Virus record (IMG/VR): IMGVR_UViG_3300027896_000047
Location: 1-59,237 of that record
Length of the DNA stretch: 59,237 nucleotides
Source: a virus
Lineage: Duplodnaviria; Caudoviricetes
Strand: one strand, 5' to 3'
Shown: in pieces, positions 18,243 to 27,424 of the stretch
Layout: each line of letters opens with the position of its first letter
How positions within the stretch are numbered: position 1 is the stretch's first letter
The notes under the pieces: model-generated
What the model saw: the letters and a program-made list of their open reading frames with translations, nothing else
What the model was told of the DNA's origin: nothing
The model's database searches: none
Translations under genes and position numbers: made by a program

Positions 18243-19943
18243 ATGAAATATACTGTCCAAGGTAAAGGTACCGTTACACTTGTAGGTTCTGACTTCATGG
18301 CGTCTGGAGGAGAAGCACAGATCTTTAAAAAAGGCGGCTCCGTCTATAAAATATATCACAATCCTTCTGATATGATTCCTGACGGGAAGATTCAGGAATT
18401 ACAGCAAATAAAACGAAATAATGTCTTGATTCCAAAGGATATTATTCTGGACAGTAAAGGAAGCCGTGTTGGTTTTACAATGGACTATACACCTAATGTT
18501 GCTCCTTTGTGCAAGTTGTTCACAAATACGTATATAGAACAAAATGATATCTCAAATAACACTATAATTGATCTTGTGAAATACATGCAGGAAACAATTG
18601 AGGAGATTCATGCTGCTGCTTGTATTCAGGTTGACGGGAATGAATTGAACTACCTTGTTGACGAGAAGACACATAAAAATTGCTATTTTATTGATGTTAA
18701 CTCCTACCAAACAAAGTCATTCCCAGCTACCGTCATTATGCCTTCTGTACGTGACTGGACTGCCACTTCTTTTAATGAGTTAACTGATTGGTATTCTTTT
18801 GCAACAATTGCCTGCCAGTTGTTTATTGGCATCCATCCATATAAAGGAAAACATCCAGATTTCAAAAAATTCGACATTGAAAACAGAATGAAAGCACATG
18901 TGTCTGTTTTCAATAAGCAGACACAATTACCCAAGTCTGTAAGGGACTTTAGTAGAATCCCTTCCAATTACATGGATTGGTTTATCGATGTGTTAGAAAA
19001 AGGCAAACGTTTAGCCCCTCCATCTACAGTAGGGAAAGTTGATGCTAAAATCACTTATACAATTGTCGTTTCTACTGATAACTTTGATATTAAAGAGATC
19101 GATGTATTTGATGATACTGTGTTGTATCATTCTAATGCAAACAACATTCCTATAACTAGAACTAAGAAATCTGTCTATATTGGTTCGAATTCATACAGAG
19201 TTAGAAAAGGTACTTATTTAGTTCATACACCAAAAAAGTTAATGCCTGTATTGGTTGCAGTACAAGATGGTACATTATCTGTAAAATCACTTAGTAATCA
19301 TTTTGACGTTAAGGTAGGATCTACTATTAATGCTGAAGAATTAATAGTTATTAATAATACTGTGTATGTAAGAAGTGGCGGTAATTTACTTGAAACCTAT
19401 TTTCTTGAAAATAGCACCTCTGCTACATTAGTCACTAAAAATGTTTGGAGTATACACGAGAATTCTAGTACTTTTTTCAAGAACATGATAGTTCAAGATT
19501 TACTTGGATCTAAATACATTTCAATTCCTGTACCCAATATTAAAGATAGCGTTTTCCATAATATACGTTGTGCTGTTCTTGATAATTACAAAGTGTTAGA
19601 CGCTAAATACGAGGGTGGTATTTGTGTATTGTCGGTTTCACATGTTAAGGACAATGCTTATGGGTTAATCGTAATAACAGATTTTAAGGATGTTGAAAAT
19701 TCTAACAGATTTATTGCAACAGATGACTATAATCAAGTGAATTTTGTTGCATTGGATAACGGAATCGTGTTATTATTGCATGAAGATACTTTAGAAATAT
19801 TCAGTACTGCAAAAGCCTCTAAAGTTAAAATGATAAAGGATAAGCAATTAAGTACTGATATGATATTATGTAAAAGAGGAGCATCTGTGCGGTTCTTTAC
19901 AGATAATAAATTGTATAGTATCGCAATGAAACAATCCAAATGA
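18243..19943 (+). CDS. Ser/Thr protein kinase-like protein with C-terminal beta-rich domain
   Basis: SGGEAQIF Gly-loop, VYKIYH Lys, catalytic DGNELN, FIDVNSY, TDWYSF and HPYKG. Confidence 0.85.
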   Translation: MKYTVQGKGTVTLVGSDFMASGGEAQIFKKGGSVYKIYHNPSDMIPDGKIQELQQIKRNNVLIPKDIILDSKGSRVGFTMDYTPNVAPLCKLFTNTYIEQNDISNNTIIDLVKYMQETIEEIHAAACIQVDGNELNYLVDEKTHKNCYFIDVNSYQTKSFPATVIMPSVRDWTATSFNELTDWYSFATIACQLFIGIHPYKGKHPDFKKFDIENRMKAHVSVFNKQTQLPKSVRDFSRIPSNYMDWFIDVLEKGKRLAPPSTVGKVDAKITYTIVVSTDNFDIKEIDVFDDTVLYHSNANNIPITRTKKSVYIGSNSYRVRKGTYLVHTPKKLMPVLVAVQDGTLSVKSLSNHFDVKVGSTINAEELIVINNTVYVRSGGNLLETYFLENSTSATLVTKNVWSIHENSSTFFKNMIVQDLLGSKYISIPVPNIKDSVFHNIRCAVLDNYKVLDAKYEGGICVLSVSHVKDNAYGLIVITDFKDVENSNRFIATDDYNQVNFVALDNGIVLLLHEDTLEIFSTAKASKVKMIKDKQLSTDMILCKRGASVRFFTDNKLYSIAMKQSK

Positions 19944-19956
19944 TACGAGGTTTATT

Positions 19957-21159
19957 ATGGGTTTACTAAGAACTACGAACATTATACGGTCGTTAGCAGA
20001 TACCGATCTGTACAAGCTGACAATGATGCAGGTTGTATTTGAAAAATACATGAATGTATCTGTTCAATATGATTTCAAATGTCGTAATATTAAGATACTG
20101 GATACAGTATTTGATAAAGAAGCATTTGTTAAATCAGTAAATAGAGAGATCGATAATTTTTGCTCTTTACGATTTACTGATGATGAACTACAGTACCTTT
20201 CTACTCTTAGATTTTTTAAACCAGGTTTTATTGAATTTCTTCGTATGTTTCGACTAAATAGAAGTCATACGAAAGTATATCTCAAAAATAACGATCTTGC
20301 AATTTCGGTGAAAGGGCCCTGGTTTGCTACCATTCCGGTAGAAGTGCCTGTGCTTGCTATTGTGAGTGAATTATATTCTGGTCAACGTATTGACGGTGAA
20401 ATGGTTGATGTACAATCGATGCTCAAAGAGCTATTAAGGTACAAAATTCAATATATCAATAATAATGTGCCTATAGAGGCAATGCCATCGTTGTTTATCA
20501 ACGATATGGGCACTAGGAGAAGATATTCTTACGAAGCTCAGAAGTATGTGTTAGAGACTATGGTAGAACATGGTTTATTAAGCGGCACTTCTAATATACA
20601 CTTTGCACAAATGTTTGGCATTAAAGCAATGGGAACGATGGCACATGAGTATATCTGTGCTCATCAGCAGTTAGCAAGAGTTGAGGATTGTCAAAAAGCT
20701 GCTTTTCAAGCATGGGCTGAAGTATATAGAGGTGATTTAGGTATTGCTTTGTCTGACACAGTTGGTTTTGCTGCTTTTCTTAGGGATTTTGATTTGTACT
20801 TTGCTAAGTTGTTTGATGGTGCTCGTCATGATTCAGGTGATCCATATGAGTGGTGTAATAAGTTAATTGAGCATTACAACAAACTCACTATTGATCCTAG
20901 AACGAAGATAGCAGTTTTTAGTGATGGGCTTAAATTCCCTACTATGGTTGAATTGTTTCTTGCGTTTTATAAAAGAATTAAAGTATCTTTTGGTATAGGT
21001 ACTGATTTAACCAATGATGTAGGGTTGTTAGCTTTGCAAATAGTTATGAAAATGGTTGAATGTAATGGTAGACCAGTAGCTAAAGTGGCTGATACTGTTG
21101 GAAAAGGTATGTGTCTTGATGCCGGTTTTGAAACTTATATCAAAAATATTTTTAATTAG
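19957..21159 (+). CDS. pncB: Nicotinate phosphoribosyltransferase
   Basis: DTDLYKLTM, DMGTRRR, GTSN, GTMAHE, RHDSGDP, FSDGL and FGIGT; 400 aa, matching E. coli-type PncB. Confidence 0.93.
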   Translation: MGLLRTTNIIRSLADTDLYKLTMMQVVFEKYMNVSVQYDFKCRNIKILDTVFDKEAFVKSVNREIDNFCSLRFTDDELQYLSTLRFFKPGFIEFLRMFRLNRSHTKVYLKNNDLAISVKGPWFATIPVEVPVLAIVSELYSGQRIDGEMVDVQSMLKELLRYKIQYINNNVPIEAMPSLFINDMGTRRRYSYEAQKYVLETMVEHGLLSGTSNIHFAQMFGIKAMGTMAHEYICAHQQLARVEDCQKAAFQAWAEVYRGDLGIALSDTVGFAAFLRDFDLYFAKLFDGARHDSGDPYEWCNKLIEHYNKLTIDPRTKIAVFSDGLKFPTMVELFLAFYKRIKVSFGIGTDLTNDVGLLALQIVMKMVECNGRPVAKVADTVGKGMCLDAGFETYIKNIFN

Positions 21160-21169
21160 GAGCTAGAAC

Positions 21170-22018
21170 ATGAAATACTATTTATTTAATAGGCACGATA
21201 TGCCTCCTGTTATAGAAGGGATTGTAAATAATACATGTGCGTATTTAGTTAAATACCCAAATATAGAATCTTTTGTTTTTGGACTTTCCGGTGGCGCTGA
21301 TAGTGCTTTAGTTTGTGCTTTAGCTGTCAATGTCAGAACACGTATGAAAAATTCTTTTAATAGAGATATTAAAATTATTGCGAGAAGCCTCCCTATATTA
21401 ACTAATAAGCAGGATGAAATTGATAGAGCTGCTGCTGTTGGGAATGCATTTGATATTGATTTTGATACCTTTGACCTAAGTGTTATGTATAAAAGGGTAA
21501 CAGATTGTCTTAATGAAATGTTTGATGGTACTAATGCAGTACGATTAGGAAATATTAAAGCACGTTTACGGATGATTTATTTGTATAATTTAGCACATAG
21601 AAATAAGGGGCTTGTTTTATCAACTGATAATTACACAGAGCTTCTTTTAGGTTTTTGGACACTACATGGTGATGTAGGTGACCTTGGGATGATTCAAAAT
21701 CTTTGGAAAACTGAAGTTTTTATGCTATTAGATTATTATGCATGTAATGTGTATCAGTTACCAGGGGAGGGTAAAATTAGTAGTGCTTTAAAAGCATGTA
21801 GAGATGCGATTCCAACTGATGGGTTAGGAGTATCTGAATCTGACTATGCTCAGTTTGGTAATGCTACTACATATGAAGAGGTCGATCAGATTTTCATCAA
21901 TGCTTTAAACAGTGGATATACAAATACCATCAAGAAAGGTGGTGAAGTTCCTAAAGTGCTGACTATGTATGAAAATAGTATGTATAAGAGAGAGAATCCT
22001 TATAATATCCCAAGATAA
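21170..22018 (+). CDS. nadE: NH3-dependent NAD+ synthetase
   Basis: GLSGGADS, NIKARLRM, TDN..E..LGF.T.HGD and PTDGL; no glutaminase domain. Confidence 0.92.
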   Translation: MKYYLFNRHDMPPVIEGIVNNTCAYLVKYPNIESFVFGLSGGADSALVCALAVNVRTRMKNSFNRDIKIIARSLPILTNKQDEIDRAAAVGNAFDIDFDTFDLSVMYKRVTDCLNEMFDGTNAVRLGNIKARLRMIYLYNLAHRNKGLVLSTDNYTELLLGFWTLHGDVGDLGMIQNLWKTEVFMLLDYYACNVYQLPGEGKISSALKACRDAIPTDGLGVSESDYAQFGNATTYEEVDQIFINALNSGYTNTIKKGGEVPKVLTMYENSMYKRENPYNIPR

Positions 22019-22069
22019 GATTTGATGTAGTTTGAAGTTGCTTATCTATATGCAGTATACACTTTTTTG

Positions 22070-22098
22070 TTTACTTCGGTTTTAGTTTAGTGTATATT
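22070..22098 (+). promoter_or_regulatory. Sigma70-like promoter
   Basis: TTTACT-N17-TATATT upstream of the SPFH gene. Confidence 0.5.
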
Positions 22099-22168
22099 GT
22101 TTATATTAATTCTAGATGTTCTAGAATATACAAACCATTTTTAGTTAAATTGTTAAAGGAGATATGGT

Positions 22169-23434
22169 ATGGAAAAGAAGATTGAAGTTAGTTTTGGGAG
22201 CTACCTGTTAAGGGTAGTGCTATCAATGGCATCGATTGCTATTTTTGGGTTTATTAATTTTATTTTGAATACGGGGTCGACTCTTGTAAGTGGTAAAATG
22301 GCAGGAGCACAATTTCAAAGTAGTGATACAGCGTATGTGGCATCAAATATCGGAATGTACTTGACTGGACATCTTGGTTTATCTTCTTTAATACTCATTT
22401 TTATTCTTGGTGTTTTGTGGTATAAACCTTTCAGAGTATATCAACAGACAATTGCTGTTGTAGCAGGGTTGTTATTTCTTTCTTGTATGAATGTAACTTC
22501 AGCACATGCATATTATGATAAAATGGACTACACTGAAGCCTATTTCATACTCCCAAATGAGTCATCGTTTTTTATCCCTGATGTAGGTGATAATAAAGGA
22601 AGCCAGAGTAAATTTGGATCAACTGCTTATCTGGAGGAACGAAAGATCCCAGCAAAAAGATTTACTATCCCACATACTAAATTTGCAGGATCCGGTGTTT
22701 GGTCTGATTATTATGTGCCTTCAGGACGTTTAATTATTGTTGACAGGACTCCGTATAACAGAGAGTGGACAGCATCAAAGCATAGAGGGACTTCAACTAA
22801 TGATCAAAGTTTTCCTTGCCAAAGTTCGGAGGGTTTAAATGTCACGGTAGAAATGTCAATAGAAGCTTCAGTAACTGAAGATGATGCTTCAAAGTTTCTA
22901 TATAATTTTGGTGTTAAACCACCTGCAGGTGATAGAACGCAACCTGCAGTTATATTTACCTCAGTGTTTTACGGAAAGAGTTTACTTGAGGTTATGGAAG
23001 GAGTTGGACGTGGTGCTGTACAGACCGCAGTTTGTAGTGAAATTTCTACTCGTACCTTGGATAAAGTAAATGTAGAAGCTGATAAGATTCTTACAGCAGT
23101 TAATGTAAAATCAAAGACATGGTTTGAATCAAAAGGTATTACTCTAGGGTATCTTGGATGGGCAGGTACGTTTTCATTCGATGCTGATATTCAAGATGCT
23201 ATTAATCGTGTGTATGTAGCTGAGAAACAAAAAGCGATTGCTGGTATGTTAGCTCCTCATGTAGACACTATCCAAGCTATTGCAAGTGCTGATGCATTGC
23301 GTACCGTGGCTAATAAATTTGATGGTAAGTTGCCTACATCATTGTCACTTTGGAGTCTTCCAGAGGTAGTTACGAAAATGTTTTCTGGGTCTGGGAAAGA
23401 CGCGAAATCGGGTGTTGCAGCACCAAAACAGTAA
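22169..23434 (+). CDS. Membrane protein with SPFH/band-7-like domain
   Basis: About three N-terminal hydrophobic helices; SSEGLNVTVEMSI...F..KGITL..LG...DIQDAIN pattern. Has its own promoter and terminator. Confidence 0.7.
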   Translation: MEKKIEVSFGSYLLRVVLSMASIAIFGFINFILNTGSTLVSGKMAGAQFQSSDTAYVASNIGMYLTGHLGLSSLILIFILGVLWYKPFRVYQQTIAVVAGLLFLSCMNVTSAHAYYDKMDYTEAYFILPNESSFFIPDVGDNKGSQSKFGSTAYLEERKIPAKRFTIPHTKFAGSGVWSDYYVPSGRLIIVDRTPYNREWTASKHRGTSTNDQSFPCQSSEGLNVTVEMSIEASVTEDDASKFLYNFGVKPPAGDRTQPAVIFTSVFYGKSLLEVMEGVGRGAVQTAVCSEISTRTLDKVNVEADKILTAVNVKSKTWFESKGITLGYLGWAGTFSFDADIQDAINRVYVAEKQKAIAGMLAPHVDTIQAIASADALRTVANKFDGKLPTSLSLWSLPEVVTKMFSGSGKDAKSGVAAPKQ

Positions 23435-23440
23435 TTCTAC

Positions 23441-23483
23441 TGAAGGGTAAACATGTAATGATGTATGTTTACCCTTCAATTTT
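23441..23483 (+). terminator. Intrinsic terminator
   Basis: TGAAGGGTAAACATG...TATGTTTACCCTTCA-ATTTT. Confidence 0.7.
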
Positions 23484-23492
23484 GGAGCAGAT

Positions 23493-24449
23493 ATGAAAAT
23501 TGTAAAACCATCTTATGAAATACTCAATCGAAGCCATCAAACAACCATCCAAAAAATAGAAGATTTTGGACGGCTTGCTTATAAATCAGAAGATAAAAAA
23601 ACTAACGATTCAGCAGTTCCATTCGTTCAGAAAATTATTAATAGCGGTCATTTTCCTGTAATTGAAGGAGCCAATTTACATATAAGAGTAGATGCTGATA
23701 GATCTGATATAACATCGTTTATTTTAAAGAATCTAAATAAATTTAAATATCTTCAGTTATATTATGCAGTTCAAGATTCATATTTAGTTATCTCAGGAAC
23801 TATTAGAGCATTTAGAGAAGCTATTAATTCTGTAAATTCCCTTGTAGGGGCTCAGATAGCTGCTTTTTTATATACTTATAACTCTATGTTATTTGATAAT
23901 CAAGCATTAGAAGGAGTTTTTGATTCAAGTATTATAGTTACTGAATTAACAAAACATGACATTATGCATTTAGCTGATGAACATGCTGATTTTTTTGCTT
24001 CTGAACATTTAATGTGTGCTGTTAAATTTATTGTTAATAGAGCAGTAAGTCATGAGGTAGTGCGGCATCGACCATCCAGCTACATTCAAGAAAGTCAAAG
24101 ATATTGCCGCTATGATAATGATAAATTTGGAAATGAGGTCACATTTATTGATCCAGAACCTTTCTTCTCTACATATTTATCCTCTCCTGAACGTGTAATG
24201 TGGGAAAAATCTTGTAAAGAGTCAGAAAAAATTTATTTACAGTTACTTAGTATGCATAAAGTTACTCCACAAGGAGCACGGACAGTTTTGCCTAATTCAT
24301 GTAAGACGGAAATTATAGTATACACAACCCTTGCAGAGTGGCGTCATATTTTTAAATTACGTACTTCCCAAGCAGCAGAACCTTCAATGCGTGAAGTTAT
24401 GGTACCACTTGAAAAAATATTTTGGCGATGTTCGGGGTGCTTTGAATGA
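23493..24449 (+). CDS. thyX: FAD-dependent thymidylate synthase
   Basis: ThyX motif RHRPSSYIQESQRY, plus AR.VLPNS.KTE and W.H...LR. Confidence 0.92.
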   Translation: MKIVKPSYEILNRSHQTTIQKIEDFGRLAYKSEDKKTNDSAVPFVQKIINSGHFPVIEGANLHIRVDADRSDITSFILKNLNKFKYLQLYYAVQDSYLVISGTIRAFREAINSVNSLVGAQIAAFLYTYNSMLFDNQALEGVFDSSIIVTELTKHDIMHLADEHADFFASEHLMCAVKFIVNRAVSHEVVRHRPSSYIQESQRYCRYDNDKFGNEVTFIDPEPFFSTYLSSPERVMWEKSCKESEKIYLQLLSMHKVTPQGARTVLPNSCKTEIIVYTTLAEWRHIFKLRTSQAAEPSMREVMVPLEKIFWRCSGCFE

Positions 24450-24649
24450 TGCGTGTTATATGCATCATATTCACATTAGTATTGGGTAGTTGTTGTGCCT
24501 GCCCACCCAATACTAATGTTGATAATAGTTATAGTAGTTTGAAAGATATTGTGCATTTAAAAGAAGTTGAAAATAAAAAGTATGATGAATGTGTAATACT
24601 CAAGAATAAAGAATTAATTCAACACATTAAAGATACAGAAAATAAATGA
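24446..24649 (+). CDS. Small putative lipoprotein
   Basis: Hydrophobic N-terminus ending LGSC. Confidence 0.4.
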   Translation: MMRVICIIFTLVLGSCCACPPNTNVDNSYSSLKDIVHLKEVENKKYDECVILKNKELIQHIKDTENK

Positions 24650-24990
24650 AAAGTTGTAATTTACAGGATATGCTTTTAGAAACTACTATTGAACCTGAAT
24701 GTAAAGGTAACATTTATAAGTGTAGAATAACTTATTATTTAGATACTAAAGGTACTTATACTGAAAAGATTACTATGACACCTTTAAAGAGGCAATCATG
24801 CCCTGGGTGTGAGCAGTGTGGACCTATATTAGATCAATTACCGGATTTTGTTAGTAATGATACTTCTCCACTAATAGAATTACCAGAACATAATGCTTTA
24901 TACCGTCTTGCAATTGTAAATGAATCAAGAGACTGGGAATCAGGTATAATAGATAGTTGGGATATGCAGTTTTCAAAATTAGTTAGTTAA
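24646..24990 (+). CDS. Hypothetical protein with CxxCxxC motif
   Basis: LKRQSCPGCEQCG...RDWESG..D. Confidence 0.55.
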   Translation: MKSCNLQDMLLETTIEPECKGNIYKCRITYYLDTKGTYTEKITMTPLKRQSCPGCEQCGPILDQLPDFVSNDTSPLIELPEHNALYRLAIVNESRDWESGIIDSWDMQFSKLVS

Positions 24991-25000
24991 AAAGGTAATT

Positions 25001-26206
25001 ATGCAAAGTGTGAAAGCTGTTATAGGTGCAGGTTTTGGTAACGAAGGTAAAGGAAAAGTTGTCAACACATATGCCAGGGATTGGGCAGATATTGTAGTTA
25101 GGCACAGTGGTGGGTGCCAATCCACGCATACAGTAGAGCATCGAAATGGGTTTACACATGTGTTCAGTCATTTAGGAGCCGCATCAGTAGACAATGTGCC
25201 TACCTATCTTAGTGAATATTTTGTAGTAAATCCCTCATCATTTTTAAAAGAACTTGATATTTTATCCTTCAGGAGCGATGGTCTTAGTATTAGTGAAGTG
25301 TTAGTCGATAGTAAGTGTATAATCACCACTCCCTTTGATATACTTATAAATCAACTATTGGAACTCAGTAGAATGCATAATAGACATGGTAGTCGAGGTA
25401 TGGGTATAAATGAAACGATTATTCGTAATAAAATAGTTGATGTATCTTTAAATGTAGCAGAACTAGATAGTATGAATTCAAAAGGTCTTTTTAATTTATT
25501 AACACGTATTCGTACATACACAATCAATAGACTTCAAAAATTAAGTATCTCTATACCTGATGATTTGCAATACATGTTTAAAAGTGATGAGGTACTCAAA
25601 ACATGGATCGATGAGATGTTTACTTTTCTTGAAAACATTTTAATATTACCTGACAGTACTTTTTTAAGATTATACGATAATATACTTTTTGAAGGTTCAC
25701 AAGGTTTATTACTTGATGCAGGGTACAAATGGTTCCCACATGTCACACATGCACGAACTGGTATTACAAATGTCTTGAAAATAATGCAATCAGTTGGTGC
25801 AATGGAAAGAGTCATAAATGAGAAGCAAATGGAAGTGACATATGTTACTCCTCCTTATATGAAAAGACATGGAGCGGGGCCCTTTCCATCAGAAGTTACA
25901 ATATTAGGTGAGTTTGACATTGTAGATGAAACCAATAGACCTAATCAATTTCAAGGCAGTTTACGTATAGGATACCTTGATATCCTATTGCTTAGAGACG
26001 CAATATTAAATGATACTATGCTTATTCCAGGTACTGCATTTACAAAAATACATATGACATGTATGGACCATCTTTTGGATGTAGAGAATTTTAAATATAA
26101 GGATACAACTGGAAGTATAAATACATGCAGTGCTGAAAGTATTCCTGCCTTATTTGTGGGAGTAGCTAATGGTTTTGAATTTAGCAATTCTCCATATTCA
26201 GATTAA
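25001..26206 (+). CDS. purA: Divergent adenylosuccinate synthetase-like protein
   Basis: GAGFGNEGKGK P-loop, HTV, FEGSQGLLLD, RHGAGPFP and D.TN..N.FQG.LR.G motifs. The catalytic Asp position is Asn, so the activity is uncertain. Confidence 0.75.
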   Translation: MQSVKAVIGAGFGNEGKGKVVNTYARDWADIVVRHSGGCQSTHTVEHRNGFTHVFSHLGAASVDNVPTYLSEYFVVNPSSFLKELDILSFRSDGLSISEVLVDSKCIITTPFDILINQLLELSRMHNRHGSRGMGINETIIRNKIVDVSLNVAELDSMNSKGLFNLLTRIRTYTINRLQKLSISIPDDLQYMFKSDEVLKTWIDEMFTFLENILILPDSTFLRLYDNILFEGSQGLLLDAGYKWFPHVTHARTGITNVLKIMQSVGAMERVINEKQMEVTYVTPPYMKRHGAGPFPSEVTILGEFDIVDETNRPNQFQGSLRIGYLDILLLRDAILNDTMLIPGTAFTKIHMTCMDHLLDVENFKYKDTTGSINTCSAESIPALFVGVANGFEFSNSPYSD

Positions 26207-26215
26207 AGAGGTAAT

Positions 26216-26983
26216 ATGAAATTTGCATCATTTGATTTAGAATCAGCTCAAGCATTCCCTGATGATATGACATATAGTGAAGAACATTTTAAAGAACTCG
26301 GTATTACATGTGCTGCGGTAGCTTTAGCAGATTCAGATATTCATCCTAAATGGAGTCTTACTGAAGATTTTCGATTTTGGAGTAGTGATACAGTTGAACG
26401 TTTATCAAAAGATGATTGTGTGCAAATAGTTTTTGAATTAATGGATTTAGTCAAGGAAGACTATATATTTGTAACGTGGAATGGTTTAAGTTTTGATTTC
26501 AAATTGCTTGCAGTACAATCAGGAATGTATTATGAGTGTGCTGATATTGCTTACAATCATCATATTGATATGATGCTATTTCCTGTTTTTTATAAAGGGC
26601 ACTATGTGAGCCTTCAGAAAGCATTAGATGGAATGGGAAGTCAAGGTAAATTACACGATGTCGTTTTAAGTGATGGTACTATACTGGATAATATGACTGG
26701 TGAAAAAGCACCTGAACTATGGGCAAAAGGTGAATTTGAGGCTGTTTTAGAGTATCTTAGTTACGATGTTTCTGAACCTTTGGGTCTATTGCAGTTTATG
26801 TATCAAAAGAAAAGATTACAATGGTATTCAAAGAAAGGAAATATGCAAGTATTATTAATCCCTGATATATACATTGTAAAAGATTTACTGTATAATACAA
26901 AAGATCATGAAGAATGGAGTAAAATGGGTATTACAAGAGCACAATTCATTGATTGGTTTCCTGCTGGGATTATTTGTAAGTAA
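26216..26983 (+). CDS. DnaQ/RNase H-like 3'-5' exonuclease
   Basis: Exo I FDLE, Exo II TWNG..FD and Exo III Y...DV. Confidence 0.8.
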   Translation: MKFASFDLESAQAFPDDMTYSEEHFKELGITCAAVALADSDIHPKWSLTEDFRFWSSDTVERLSKDDCVQIVFELMDLVKEDYIFVTWNGLSFDFKLLAVQSGMYYECADIAYNHHIDMMLFPVFYKGHYVSLQKALDGMGSQGKLHDVVLSDGTILDNMTGEKAPELWAKGEFEAVLEYLSYDVSEPLGLLQFMYQKKRLQWYSKKGNMQVLLIPDIYIVKDLLYNTKDHEEWSKMGITRAQFIDWFPAGIICK

Positions 26984-27004
26984 AACATAGGGTAAAGGAC
27001 TTTA

Positions 27005-27415
27005 ATGCTTAAAACTATAGTTGACATCATAGGTTGTTTACCATTAGATATTGAAATGGAAAGGAAATTAGAAGAATATTTTGCATCTAAACCATTTAAA
27101 ACTAAGAAATTATACGAGGCCATGGAAATAGCATATATTGTAATGAAAAGTAACAAGACTGATGAGAGTGATAATTTTCTTCCTGTATGTGTATTTGATA
27201 TTTGGGAGAAAGCTGATGCATTGCTTAATGAATGTACAAAGTATAATGAAACAGCGCCTCAACCTCCTGAAGGGGATGCGGCTGCCTGGGAAGCTTTTGG
27301 TAATACTATGGATGAATGGCGTAATAATCACCCTTTGAAAAAGTATAATCAAAAATGTAAAGTAAAAACAACTGATTACTATAGTGTAGTAGTAACTCCG
27401 GTTATTCAATCATAA
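27005..27415 (+). CDS. Hypothetical protein
   Basis: ORF track; AAGGA RBS. Confidence 0.55.
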   Translation: MLKTIVDIIGCLPLDIEMERKLEEYFASKPFKTKKLYEAMEIAYIVMKSNKTDESDNFLPVCVFDIWEKADALLNECTKYNETAPQPPEGDAAAWEAFGNTMDEWRNNHPLKKYNQKCKVKTTDYYSVVVTPVIQS

Positions 27416-27424
27416 GGTGCTTAA

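Noticed and set aside
19957-21159. Nampt/NadV, which would make this the known NARP2 pathway
   Set aside because: Length and motifs (DTDLYK, GTRRR, GTMAHE) match nicotinate PRTase PncB, and the presence of PncA and NadE fits the deamidated route.
25001-26206. PurZ / Z-genome
   Set aside because: Lacks the PurZ GSTGKG signature, and no DatZ or MazZ partner was recognised in the window.
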